A stretch of DNA of 64,000 nucleotides from the NCBI RefSeq assembly GCF_009914755.1, contig NC_060948.1; one strand, written 5' to 3'. Positions 1 to 19,397 of the stretch are shown here, one piece after another; the stretch's first letter is position 1; each line of letters begins with the position of its first letter. A model generated the notes under the pieces. It saw nothing but the letters and a program-made list of their open reading frames with translations. It was not told where the DNA came from and did no database searches. This stretch comes from the human T2T-CHM13v2.0 reference genome, Homo sapiens. A program made the position numbers and the translations under genes.

Positions 1-61
1 CTTCACCTTGTGATCCCCTTGCCTTGGCCTCCAAATTTGCTGGGATTACAGGCCTGAGCCA
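1..61 (-). mobile_element. Alu, 5' part only (cut by window edge)
   Basis: CTTCACCTTGTGATCC...GGCCTCCAAATTTGCTGGGATTACAGGCCTGAGCCA is the reverse complement of the Alu left arm. Confidence 0.88.
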
Positions 62-640
62 AGATCCATATTTTGTAAATGAAAAAAAATTTCAAAGGTA
101 CTCTGCTTGGTACAATAATCAAATGTATAAACTGAGGAATGAAACATAACCATGAAACCTACTTATAAGTGCATATGGAAAATACAGAGGATAATTTTTT
201 AAATAACATATTTTGAAAGCCTTAACTAGTAATTTGAAGAGTTGGCATTTGAAAGGCCAGTATGAATATACCTTCAAGGCAGCAACACAGGTTCCCCATG
301 AGAAAAAGCAAACTCAGGGAAAATAAAACCACAAAGGTTCAATCTCTTCTGACCTTTGAAAGACACAGCACAGACAGTGGTCCTTACGACGAAGAGCAGG
401 AGACCCCTAATTCCGTCACCATGGCGATAGGGCATAAACATTGCTGGGTGAGGGCACAATCCACATTGTGAGGTCCAACTGCTGCCAGGAAGACAGGAGT
501 GCTTTTACATAGACCGAAAGGTCATTGAAGGCTCAGAGTTTTGTTTCAAGAACTGAATCCCAAGCCCACACGTTATTAGGCTGCGCTTCTTAAAACAAGT
601 TATGAGATGGGAAAAAGGGCACCCACAAACATACGTATAC
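62..640. repeat. HSATI segment of DYZ2 unit (representative; every unit has it immediately right of the Alu)
   Basis: ~570-bp non-Alu, higher-complexity block (…GAAAGGCCAGTATG…GTCACCATGGCGATAGGG…GGGCACCCACAAAC) repeated in every unit. The name comes from the known DYZ2 composition; boundaries are approximate. Confidence 0.75.
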
Positions 641-2185
641 ATTATGTATATAATAATATACAGTATCATATATATAATATATATAACCTATGTATAATAT
701 TGTTTTACATCCTGCATCTTATATTATATATATTGTCTTAAATATAATAATTGATAATATATAAGTTTATATTTATACAATATGACATATAGTATATATT
801 ATAATTTATGACATATATAATATATGTTATATATCATATATAGAATATATTATACGGTTAATATACGTATTAAATATAAATTATACACTATATATATTAT
901 ATATAATATATCTGTTATATATAATACCCAGTATGCATAATATATATATTATGTCTATGTTATATATAGTATAAAACAACATATAATAATATATAATTGT
1001 ATATATAAAATGCGACATATACTATATATTTTATTTTATGACATATGTAATATATATTACATATTATATATAATATGTTGTATGTATAATACCTATATTA
1101 AATATATATTATATGACTATGTTATTAATTACATGTCACATATGTTATATATTATATATTTTACATAGAATATACCGGTTACATACAATTTATACTATGT
1201 TACCTATAATGTATAATTGATTACATGTAAAATAAAGAATGCAATATATTATGTATAATTTATAATATACAATATGTGGAATGTGATATATATAACATAT
1301 AACATATGATATATGATATACAGTATATGATATATAACATACAATATATGATACCTAATATATATGGTATACAATATATATTTTATGATATGTATTCTAT
1401 ATGTTTTATATTCTGTTATATATAACTATTTGAAATTATATATAACTGTATATTTTATGTAAATATGTAATATAATATATATAACTATATAATATATTAT
1501 ATATAAATATATATTATGTTATATATACTTTTATAACATAATTTACATAAAATGTCATAATATAATATATATTATATTATTTCACATTACATAATATATA
1601 TTACATATCACCCAATATAAGTAACATATATAATATTATAATATAGATTATATTATGTTATATTAAATATCATATATATCATGTATCATATATTCTATAA
1701 TATATATTACACATTATATAATATGTATGTTGTCTATTTTGTGATATATAAAACTATATATATAATTATACTATTATACATATAACTAGATAAACATGTA
1801 ATTATACATATTTTCATTTGTAATATATAGAATTATATAATCATATATAATTATTTATATTCTATAAAAAATTATATCATTATATAAATTATAATATAAA
1901 AAAATTATAATATGTACTACAAATATATATATTATATATCATATATGATATAGTACCTTTGTTATATATCATGATACATATAAATGTGTATTATGTTATC
2001 TATAATTATATAATTTCATATATAAGATGTATAATATGTATTATATATTGTCTATGTTATGTAATATATATAGTATATGTAAGCTGACACAGGATAAATA
2101 TTATATACTATGACATATAAAATATATGAGGTTATATGTTACATATAAGGCATAGCACATAACATGTAATATATGTCATATATAA
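641..2185. repeat. AT-rich degenerate (TA)n/(TATAA)n low-complexity domain of DYZ2 unit (representative; present in every unit)
   Basis: ~1.55 kb dominated by A/T with TATA/TATTA/ATATGAT motifs. The sequence is conserved base-for-base between units apart from SNVs and small indels. Confidence 0.92.
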
Positions 2186-2477
<292 letters not shown>

Positions 2478-3056
2478 AGATCCATATTTTTTAAATGAAA
2501 AAAAATTTCAAAGGTACTCTGCTTGGTACAATAATCAAATGTATAAACTGAGGAATAAAACATAACCATGAAACCTACTTATAACTGCATATGGAAAATA
2601 CAGAGGATAATTTTTTAAATAACATATTTTGAAAGCCTTAACTAGTAATTTGAAGAGTTGGCATTTGAAAGGCCAGTATGAATATACCTTCAAAGCAGCA
2701 ACACAGGTTCCCCATGAGAAAAAGCAAACTCAGGGAAAATAAAAACACAAAGGTTCAATCTCTTCTGACCTTTGAAAGACACAGCACAGACAGTGGTCCT
2801 TAGGACGAAGAGCAGGAGACCCCTAATTCCGTCACCATGGCGATAGGGCATAAACATTGCTGGGTGAGGGCAAAATCCACATTGAGAGGTCCAACTGCTG
2901 CCAGGAAGACAGGAGTGCTTTTACATAGACCGAAAGGTCATTGAAGGCTCAGAGTTTTGTTTCAAGAACTGAATCCCAAGCCCACACGTTATTAGGCTGC
3001 GCTTCTTAAAACAAGTTATGAGATGGGAAAAAGGGCACCCACAAACATACGTATAC
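2478..3056. repeat. HSATI segment, unit 2
   Basis: Copy of 62-640 at +2416. Confidence 0.75.
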
Positions 3057-4899
<1,843 letters not shown>

Positions 4900-7004
4900 A
4901 GATCCGTATTTTTTAAATGAAAAAAAATTTCAAAGGTACTCTGCTTGGTACAATAATCAAATGTATAAACTGAGGAATAAAACATAACCATGAAACCTAC
5001 TTATAACTGCATATGGAAAATACAGAGGATAATTTTTTAAATAACATATTTTGAAAGCCTTAACTAGTAATTTGAAGAGTTGGCATTTGAAAGGCCAGTA
5101 TGAATATACCTTCAAAGCAGCAACACAGGTTCCCCATGAGAAAAAGCAAACACAGGGAAAATAAAAACACAAAGGTTCAATCTCTTCTGACCTTTGAAAG
5201 ACACAGCACAGACAGTGGTCCTTAGGACGAAGAGCAGGAGACCCCTAATTCCGTCATCATGGCGATAGCGCATAAACATTGCTGGGTGAGGGCACAATCC
5301 ACATTGTGAGGTCCAACTGCTGCCAGGAAGACAGGAGTGCTTTTACATAGACCGAAAGGTCATTGAAGGCTCAGAGTTTTGTTTCAAGGACTGAATCCCA
5401 AGCCCACACGTTATTAGGCTGCGCTTCTTAAAACAAGTTATGAGATGGGAAAAAGGGCACCCACAAACATACGTATACATTATGTATATAATAATATACA
5501 GTATCATATATATAATATATATAACCTATATATAATATTGTTTTACATCCTGCATCTTATGTTATATATATTGTATAAAATATAATAATTGATAATATAT
5601 AAGTTTTATAATTATACAATATGACATATAGTATATATTATAATTTATGACATATATAATATATGTTATATATCATATATAGAATATATTATACGGTTAA
5701 TATACGTATTAAATATAAATTATACATTATATATATTATATATAATATATCTGTTATATATAATACCCATTATGCATAATATATATATTATGTCTATGTT
5801 ATATATAGTATAAAACAACATATAATAATATATAATTGTATATATAAAATGCGACATATAATATATATTATATTTTATAACATATGTAATATATATTATA
5901 TATTATATATAATACGTTGTATGTATAATACCTATATTAAATATATATTATATGACTATGTTATTAATTACATGTCACATGTGTTATATATAATATATTT
6001 TACATAGAATATACCGGTTACATACAATATATACTATGTTACCTATAATATATAATTTATTACATGTAAAATAAAGAATGCAATATATTATGTAAAATTT
6101 ATAATATACAATATGTGGAATGTGATATATTTAACATATAATATATGATATATGATATACAGTATATGATATATAACATACAATATATGATTCCTAATAT
6201 ATATCGTATACAATATATATTTTATGATATGTATTCTATATGTTTTATATTCTGTTATATATAACTATTTGAAATTATATATAACTGTATAATATTTTAT
6301 GTAAATATGTACTATAATATATATAACTATATAATATATTATATATAACTATATATTATGTTATATATACTTTTATAACATAATTTACATAAAATATCAT
6401 AATATAATATATATTATATTATTTCATATTACATAATATATATTACATATCACCCAATATAACTAACATACATAATATTATAATATAGATTATATTGTGT
6501 TATATTAAATATCATATATATCTTGTATCATATATTCTATAATATATATTACACATTATATAATATGTATGTTGTCTATTATGTGATATATATAACTATA
6601 TATATAATTATATTTTTATACATATAACTAGATAAACATGTAATTCTACATATTTTCATTTATAATATGTAGAATTATATAATCATATATAATTATTTAT
6701 ATTCTATAAAAAATTTTATCATTATATAAATTATAATATATAAAAATTATAATATGTACTACAAATATATATATTATATATCATATATGATATAGTACCT
6801 TTGTTATATATCACAATACATATAAATGTGTATTATGTTATCTATAATTATATAATTTCATATATAAGATGTATAATATGTACCTTATATTATATAAGTT
6901 ATGTAATATATATAGTATATATAAGATGACACAGGATAAATATTATATACTATGACATATAAAATATATGAGGTTATATGTTACATATAAGGCATAGCAC
7001 ATAA

Positions 7005-7319
<315 letters not shown>

Positions 7320-9424
7320 AGATCCATATTTTTTAAATGAAAAAAAATTTCAAAGGTACTCTGCTTGGTACAATAATCAAATGTATAAACTGAGGAATAA
7401 AACATAACCATGAAACCTACTTATAACTGCATATGGAAAATACAGAGGATAATTTTTTAAATAACATATTTTGAAAGCCTTAACTAGTAATTTGAAGAGT
7501 TGGCATTTGAAAGGCCAGTATGAATATACCTTCAAAGCAGCAACACAGGTTCCCCATGAGAAAAAGCAAACACAGGGAAAATAAAAACACAAAGGTTCAA
7601 TCTCTTCTGACCTTTGAAAGACACAGCACAGACAGTGGTCCTTAGGACGAAGAGCAGGAGACCCCTAATTCCGTCATCATGGCGATAGCGCATAAACATT
7701 GCTGGGTGAGGGCACAATCCACATTGTGAGGTCCAACTGCTGCCAGGAAGACAGGAGTGCTTTTACATAGACCGAAAGGTCATTGAAGGCTCAGAGTTTT
7801 GTTTCAAGGACTGAATCCCAAGCCCACACGTTATTAGGCTGCGCTTCTTAAAACAAGTTATGAGATGGGAAAAAGGGCACCCACAAACATACGTATACAT
7901 TATGTATATAATAATATACAGTATCATATATATAATATATATAACCTATATATAATATTGTTTTACATCCTGCATCTTATGTTATATATATTGTATAAAA
8001 TATAATAATTGATAATATATAAGTTTTATAATTATACAATATGACATATAGTATATATTATAATTTATGACATATATAATATATGTTATATATCATATAT
8101 AGAATATATTATACGGTTAATATACGTATTAAATATAAATTATACATTATATATATTATATATAATATATCTGTTATATATAATACCCATTATGCATAAT
8201 ATATATATTATGTCTATGTTATATATAGTATAAAACAACATATAATAATATATAATTGTATATTTAAAATGCGACATATAATATATATTATATTTTATAA
8301 CATATGTAATATATATTATATATTATATATAATACGTTGTATGTATAATACCTATATTAAATATATATTATATGACTATGTTATTAATTACATGTCACAT
8401 GTGTTATATATAATATATTTTACATAGAATATACCGGTTACATACAATATATACTATGTTACCTATAATATATAATTTATTACATGTAAAATAAAGAATG
8501 CAATATATTATGTAAAATTTATAATATACAATATGTGGAATGTGATATATTTAACATATAATATATGATATATGATATACAGTATATGATATATAACATA
8601 CAATATATGATTCCTAATATATATCGTATACAATATATATTTTATGATATGTATTCTATATGTTTTATATTCTGTTATATATAACTATTTGAAATTATAT
8701 ATAACTGTATAATATTTTATGTAAATATGTACTATAATATATATAACTATATAATATATTATATATAACTATATATTATGTTATATATACTTTTATAACA
8801 TAATTTACATAAAATATCATAATATAATATATATTATATTATTTCATATTACATAATATATATTACATATCACCCAATATAACTAACATACATAATATTA
8901 TAATATAGATTATATTGTGTTATATTAAATATCATATATATCTTGTATCATATATTCTATAATATATATTACACATTATATAATATGTATGTTGTCTATT
9001 ATGTGATATATATAACTATATATATAATTATATTTTTATACATATAACTAGATAAACATGTAATTCTACATATTTTCATTTATAATATGTAGAATTATAT
9101 AATCATATATAATTATTTATATTCTATAAAAAATTTTATCATTATATAAATTATAATATATAAAAATTATAATATGTACTACAAATATATATATTATATA
9201 TCATATATGATATAGTACCTTTGTTATATATCACAATACATATAAATGTGTATTATGTTATCTATAATTATATAATTTCATATATAAGATGTATAATATG
9301 TACCTTATATTATATAAGTTATGTAATATATATAGTATATATAAGATGACACAGGATAAATATTATATACTATGACATATAAAATATATGAGGTTATATG
9401 TTACATATAAGGCATAGCACATAA

Positions 9425-9739
<315 letters not shown>

Positions 9740-11835
9740 AGATCCATATTTTTTAAATGAAAAAAAATTTCAAAGGTACTCTGCTTGGTACAATAATCAA
9801 ATGTATAAACTGAGGAATAAAACATAACCATGAAACCTACTTATAACTGCATATGGAAAATACAGAGGATAATTTTTTAAATAACATATTTTGAAAGCCT
9901 TAACTAGTAATTTGAAGAGTTGGCATTTGAAAGGCCAGTATGAATATACCTTCAAAGCAGCAACACAGGTTCCCCATGAGAAAAAGCAAACACAGGGAAA
10001 ATAAAAACACAAAGGTTCAATCTCTTCTGACCTTTGAAAGACACAGCACAGACAGTGGTCCTTAGGACGAAGAGCAGGAGACCCCTAATTCCGTCATCAT
10101 GGCGATAGCGCATAAACATTGCTGGGTGAGGGCACAATCCACATTGTGAGGTCCAACTGCTGCCAGGAAGACAGGAGTGCTTTTACATAGACCGAAAGGT
10201 CATTGAAGGCTCAGAGTTTTGTTTCAAGGACTGAATCCCAAGCCCACACGTTATTAGGCTGCGCTTCTTAAAACAAGTTATGAGATGGGAAAAAGGGCAC
10301 CCACAAACATACGTATACATTATGTATATAATAATATACAGTATCATATATATAATATATATAACCTATATATAATATTGTTTTACATCCTGCATCTTAT
10401 GTTATATATATTGTATAAAATATAATAATTGATAATATATAAGTTTTATAATTATACAATATGACATATAGTATATATTATAATTTATGACATATATAAT
10501 ATATGTTATATATCATATATAGAATATATTATACGGTTAATATACGTATTAAATATAAATTATACATTATATATATTATATATAATATATCTGTTATATA
10601 TAATACCCATTATGCATAATATATATATTATGTCTATGTTATATATAGTATAAAACAACATATAATAATATATAATTGTATATATAAAATGCGACATATA
10701 ATATATATTATATTTTATAACATATGTAATATATATTATATATAATACGTTGTATGTATAATACCTATATTAAATATATATTATATGACTATGTTATTAA
10801 TTACATGTCACATGTGTTATATATTATATATTTTACATAGAATATACCGGTTACATACAATATATACTATGTTACCTATAATGTATAATTTATTACATGT
10901 AAAATAAAGAATGCAATATATTATGTATAATTTATAATATACAATATGTGGAATGTGATACATATAACATATAATATATGATATATGATATACAGTACAT
11001 GATATATAACATACAATATATGATTCCTAATATATATGGTATACAATATATATTTTATGATATGTATCCTATATGTTTTATATTCTGTTATATATAACTA
11101 TTTGAAATTATATATAACTGTATAATATTTTATGTAAATATGTAATATAATATATATAACTATATAATATATTATATATAACTATATATTATGTTATATA
11201 TACTTTTATAACATAATTTACATAAAATATCATAATATAATATATATTATATTATTTCATATTACATAATATATATTACATATCACCCAATATAAGTAAC
11301 ATACATAATATTATAATATAGATTATATTATGTTATGTTAAATATCATATATATCATGTATCATATATTCTATAATATATATTATACATTATATAATATG
11401 TATGTTGACTATTATGTGATATATATAACTATATATTAATATATTATTATACATATAACTAGATAAACATGTAATTCTACATATTTTCATTTATAATATA
11501 TAGAATTATATAATCATATATAATTATTTATATTCTATAAAAAATTATATCATTATATAAATTATAATATAAAAAAATTATAATATGTACTACAAATATA
11601 TATATTATATATCATATATGATATAGTACCTTTGTTATATATCATAATACATATAAATGTGTATTATGTTATCTATAATTATATAATTTCATATATAAGA
11701 TGTATAATATGTATTATATATTGTATATGTTATGTAATATATATAGTATATATAAGCTGACACAGGATAAATATTATATACTATGACATATAAAATATAT
11801 GAGGTTATATGTTACATATAAGGCATAGCACATAA

Positions 11836-12150
<315 letters not shown>

Positions 12151-14273
12151 AGATCCATATTTTGTAAATGAAAAAAAATTTCAAAGGTACTCTGCTTGGT
12201 ACAATAATCAAATGTATAAACTGAGGAATGAAACATAACCATGAAACCTACTTATAACTGCATATGGAAAATACAGAGGATAATTTTTTAAATAACATAT
12301 TTTGAAAGCCTTAACTAGTAATTTGAAGAGTTGGCATTTGAAAGGCCAGTATGAATATACCTTCAAAGCAGCAACACAGGTTCCCCATGAGAAAAATCAA
12401 ACTCAGGGAAAATAAAACCACAAAGTTTCAATCTCTTCTGACCTTTGAAAGACACAGCACAGACAGTGGTCCGTAGGACGAAGAGCAGGAGACCCCTAAT
12501 TCCGTCACCATGGCGATAGGGCATAAACATTGCTGGGTGAGGGCACAATCCACATTGTGAGGTCCAACTGCTGCCAGGAAGACAGTACTGCTTTTACATA
12601 GACCGAAAGGTCATTGAAGGCTCAGAATTATGTTTCAAGAACTGAATCCCAAGCCCACATGTTATTAGGCTGCGCTTCTTAAAACAAGTTATGAGATGGG
12701 AAAAAGGGCACCCACAAACATACGTATACATTATGTATATAATAATATACAGTATCATATATATAATATATATAACCTATGTATAATATTGTTTTACATC
12801 CTGCATCTTATATTATATATATTGTCTAAAATATAATAATTGATAATATATAAGTTTTATATTTATACAATATGACATATAGTATATATTATAATTTATG
12901 ACATATATAATATATGTTATATATCATATATAGAATATATTATACGGTTAATATACGTATTAAATATAAATTATACATTATATATATTATATATAATATA
13001 TCTGTTATATATAATACCCATTATGCATAATATATGTATTATGTCTATGTTATATATAGTATAAAACAACATATAATAATATATAATTTTATATATAAAA
13101 TGCGACATATACTATATATTATATTTTATGACATATGTAATATATATTATATATTATATATAATACGTTGTATGTATAATACCTATATTAAATATATATT
13201 ATATGACTATGTTATTAATTACATGTCACATATGTTATATATTATATATTTTACATAGAATATACCGGTTACATACAATTTATACTATGTTACCTATAAT
13301 GTATAATTGATTACATGTAAAATAAAGAATGCAATATATTATGTATAATTTATAATATACAATGTGTGGAATGTGATATATATAACATATAATATATGAT
13401 ATATGATATACAGTATATGATATATAACATACAATATATGATACCTAATATATATGGTATACAATATATATTTTATGATATGTATTCTATATGTTTTATA
13501 ATCTGTTATATATAACTATTTGAAATTATATATAACTGTATATTTTATGTAAATATGTAATATAATATATATAACTATATAATATATTATATATAACTAT
13601 ATATTATGTTATATAAACTTTTATAACATAATTTACATAAAATGTCATAATATAATATATATTATATTATTTCACATTACATAATATATATTACATATCA
13701 CCCAATATAAGTAACATACATAATATTATAATATAGATTATATTATGTTATATTAAATATCATATATATCATGTATCATATATTCTATAATATATATTAC
13801 ACATTATATAATATGTATGTTGTCTATTATGTGATATATATAACTATATATAATTATATTATTATACATATAACTAGATACACATGTAATTCTACATATT
13901 TTCATTTATAATATATAGAATTATATAATCATATATAATTATTTATATTCTATAAAAAATTATATCTTTATATAAATTATAATATAAAAAAATTATAATA
14001 TGTACTACAAATATATATATTATATATCATATATGATATAGTACCTTTGTTATATATCATAATACATATAAATGTGTATTATGTTATCTATAATTATATA
14101 ATTTCATATATAAGATGTATAATATGTATTATATATTGTATATGTTATGTAATATATATAGTATATATAAGCTGACACAGGATAAATATTATATACTATG
14201 ACATATAAAATATATGAGGTTATATGTTACATATAAGGCATAGCACATAACATGTAATATATATCATATATAA

Positions 14274-14565
14274 TTTTTTTTTAGACAGAGTCTTGTCGTG
14301 CTGCACAGGGTGAAGTACAATGGCGCCATCTTTGCTCACTGCAACATCTGCCTCTCGGGTCCAAGCGATTGTCCTCCCTCAACCTCTCAGGTAGCTGGGA
14401 CTACACCACACTGGGACTACACCAGCTGCCACCATGCCTAGCTAATTTTTTGGATTTTTAGTAGTGACAGCCTTTCACTGTATTGGCCAGGATGGTCTTG
14501 ATCTCTTCACCTTGTGATCCCCTTGCCTTGGCCTCCAAATTTGCTGGGATTACAGGCCTGAGCCA
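14274..14565 (-). mobile_element. Diverged Alu (type A)
   Basis: Same motifs; GTGCTGCAC, GGTGAAGTAC and CAACCTCTCAG variants. Confidence 0.93.
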
Positions 14566-16693
14566 AGATCCATATTTTTTAAATGAAAAAAAATTTCAAA
14601 GGTACTCTGCTTGGTACAATAATCAAATGTATAAACTGAGGAATAAAACATAACCATGAAACCTACTTATAACTGCATATGGAAAATACAGAGGATAATT
14701 TTTTAAATAACATATTTTGAAAGCCTTAACTAGTAATTTGAAGAGTTGGCATTTGTAAGGCCAGTATGAATATACCTTCAAAGCAGCAACACAGGTTCCC
14801 CATGAGAAAAAGCAAACTCAGGGAAAATAAAACCACAAAGGTTCAATCTCTTCTGACCTTTGAAAGACACAGCACAGACAGTGGTCCTTAGGACGAAGAG
14901 CAGGAGACCCCTAATTCCGTCACCATGGCGATAGGGCATAAACATTGCTGGGTGAGGGCACAATCCACATTGTGAGGTCCAACTGCTGCCAGGAAGACAG
15001 GAGTGCTTTTACATAGACCGAAAGGTCATTGAAGGCTCAGAGTTTTGTTTCAAGAACTGAATCCCAAGCCCACACGTTATTAGGATGCGCTTCTTAAAAC
15101 AAGTTATGAGATGGGAAAAAGGGCACCCACAAACATACGTACACATTATGTATATAATAATATACAGTATCATACATAAAATATGTATAACCTATGTATA
15201 ATATTGTTTTACATCCTGCATCTTATATTATATATATTGTATAAAATATAATAATTGATAATATATAAGATTTATATTTATACAATATGACATATAGTAT
15301 ATATTATAATTTATGACATATATAATATATGTTACATATCATATATAGAATATATTATACGGTTAATATACGTATTAAATATAAATTATACATTATATAT
15401 ATTATATAAAATATATCTGTTATATATAATACCCATTATGCATAATATATATATTATGTCTATGTTATATATAGTATAAAACAACATATAATAATATATA
15501 ATTGTATATATAAAATGCGACATATAATATATATTATATTTTATGACATATGTAATATATATTATATATTATATATAATACGTTGTATGTATAATACCTA
15601 TATTAAATATATATTATATGACTATGTTATTAATTACATGTCACATATGTTATATATTATATATTTTACATAGAATATACCGGTTACATACAATAGATAC
15701 TATGTTACCTATAATGTATAATTGATTACATGTAAAATAAAGAATGCAATATATTATGTATAATTTATAATATACAATATGTGGAATGTGATATATATAA
15801 CATATAATATATGATATATGATATACAGTATATGATATATAACATACAATATATGATACCTAATATATATGGTATACAATATATATTTTATGATATGTAT
15901 TCTATATGTTTTATATTCTGTTATATATAACTATTTGAAATTATATATAACTGTATAATATTTTATGTAAATATGTAATATAATATATATAACTATATAA
16001 TATATTATATATAACTATATATTATGTTATATATACTTTTATAACATAATTGACATAAAATGTCATAATATAATATATATTATATTATTTCACATTACAT
16101 AATATATATTACATATCACCCAATATAAGTAACATACATAATATTATAATATAGATTATATTATGTTATATTAAATATCATATATATCATGTATCATATA
16201 TTCTATAATATATATTACACATTATATATTATGTATGTTGTCTATTTTGTGATATATAAAACTATATATATAATTATATTATTATACATATAACTAGGTA
16301 AACATGTAATTCTACATATTTTCATTTGTAATATATAGAATTATATAATCATATATAATTATATATATTCTATAAAAAATTATATCATTATATAAATTAT
16401 AATATAAAAAAATTATAATATGTACTACAAATATATATATTATATATCATATATGATATAGTACCTTTGTTATATATCATAATACATATAAATGTGTATT
16501 ATTTTATCTATAATTATATAATTTCATATATAAGATGTATAATATGTATTATATATTGTCTATGTTATGTAATATATATAGTATATGTAAGCTGACACAG
16601 GATAAATATTATATACTATGACATATAAAATATATGAGGTTATATGTTACATATAAGGCATAGCACATAACATGTAATATATATCATATATAA

Positions 16694-16985
<292 letters not shown>

Positions 16986-19105
16986 AGATCCATATTTTTT
17001 AAATGAAAAAAAATTTCAAAGGTACTCTGCTTGGTACAATAATCAAATGTATAAACTGAGGAATAAAACATAACCATGAAACCTACTTATAACTGCATAT
17101 GGAAAATACAGAGGATAATTTTTTAAATAACATATTTTGAAAGCCTTAACTAGTAATTTGAAGAGTTGGCTTTTGAAAGGCCAGTATGAATATACCTTCA
17201 AAGCAGCAACACAGGTTCCCCATGAGAAAAAGCAAACTCAGGGAAAATAAAACCACAAAGGTTCAATCTCTTCTGACCTTTGAAAGACACAGCACAGACA
17301 GTGGTCCTTAGGACGAAGAGCAGGAGACCCCTAATTCCGTCACCATGGCGATAGGGCATAAACATTGCTGGGTGAGGGCACAATCCACATTGAGTGGTCC
17401 AACTGCTGCCAGGAAGACAGGAGTGCTTTTACATAGACCGAAAGGTCATTGAAGGCTCAGAGTTTTGTTTCAAGAACTGAATCCCAAGCCCACACGTTAT
17501 TAGGCTGCGCTTCTTAAAACAAGTTATGAGATGGGAAAAAGGGCACCCACAAACATACGTATACGTTATGTATATAATAATATACAGTATCATATATATA
17601 ATATATATAGCCTATGTATAATATTGTTTTACATCCTGCATCTTATATTATATATATTGTATAAAATATAAAATTCATAATACATAACGTTTATATTTAT
17701 ACAATATGACATATAGTATATATTATAATTTATGACATATATAATATATGTTATATATCATATATAGAATATATTATACGGTTAATATACGTATTAAATA
17801 TAAATTATACATTATATATATTATATAAAATATATCTGTTATATATAATACCCTTTATGCATAATATATATATTATGTCTATGTTATATATAGTATAAAA
17901 CAACATATAATAATATATAATTGTATATATAAAATGCGACATATAATATATATTATATTTTATGACATATGTAATATATATTATATATTATATATAATAC
18001 GTTGTATGTATAATACCTATATTAAATATATATTATATGACTATGTTATTAATTACATGTCATATGTTATATATTATATATTTTACATAGAATATACCGG
18101 TTACATACAATAGATACTATGTTACCTATAATGTATAATTGATTACATGTAAAATAAAGAATGCAATATATTATGTATAATTTATAATATACAATGTGTG
18201 GAATGTGATATATATAACATATAATATATGATATATGATATACAGTATATGATATATAACATACAATATATGATACCTAATATATATGGTATACAATATG
18301 TATTTTATGATATGTATTCTATATGTTTTATAATCTGTTATATATAAATATTTGAAATTATATATATCTGTATATTTTATGTAAATATGTAATATAATAT
18401 ATATAACTATATAATATATTATATATAACTATATATTATGTTATATAAACTTTTATAACATAATTTACATAAAATGTCATAATATAATATATATTATATT
18501 ATTTCACATTACATAATATATATTACATATCACCCAATATAAGTAACATACATAATATTATAATATAGATTATATTATGTTATATTAAATATCATATATA
18601 TCATGTATCATATATTCTATAATATATATTACACATTATATAATATGTATGTTGTCTATTATGTGATATATATAACTATATATAATTATATTATTATACA
18701 TATAACTAGATACACATGTAATTCTACATATTTTCATTTATAATATATAGAATTATATAATCATATATAATTATTTATATTCTATAAAAAATTATATCTT
18801 TATATAAATTATAATATAAAAAAATTATAATATGTACTACAAATATATATATTATATATCATATATGATATAGTACCTTTGTTATATATCATAATACATA
18901 TAAATGTGTATTATGTTATCTATAATTATATAATTTCATATATAAGATGTATAATATGTATTATATATTGTATATGTTATGTAATATATATAGTATATAT
19001 AAGCTGACACAGGATAAATATTATATACTATGACATATAAAATATATGAGGTTATATGTTACATATAAGGCATAGCACATAACATGTAATATATATCATA
19101 TATAA

Positions 19106-19397
19106 TTTTTTTTTAGACGGAGTCTTGTCGTGCTGCACAGGGTGAAGTACAATGGCGCCATCTTTGCTCACTGCAACATCTGCCTCTCGGGTCCAAGCGA
19201 TTGTCCTCCCTCAACCTCTCAGGTAGCTGGGAGTACACCACACTGGGACTACACCAGCTGCCACCATGCCTAGCTAATTTTTTGGATTTTTAGTAGTGAC
19301 AGCGTTTCACTGTATTGGCCAGGATGGTCTTGATCTCTTCACCTTGTGATCCCCTTGCCTTGGCCTCCAAATTTGCTGGGATTACAGGCCTGAGCCA
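19106..19397 (-). mobile_element. Diverged Alu (type A)
   Basis: Same motifs; shares variants with the 14274 copy. Confidence 0.93.

Noticed and set aside
262-471. 69-aa plus-strand ORF, and a Kozak-like GTCACCATGG at 415-424
   Set aside because: The long form exists only in unit 1 because of a TAG>TAC change. The Kozak-context ATG opens just 16 codons (MAIGHKHCWVRAQSTL), with no promoter or splice evidence.
1486-1503. Perfect 18-bp palindrome TATATAATATATTATATA and numerous TATA-box-like motifs
   Set aside because: Expected by chance in near-pure A/T alternating sequence; no long-arm inverted repeat (PATRR-like) was evident.
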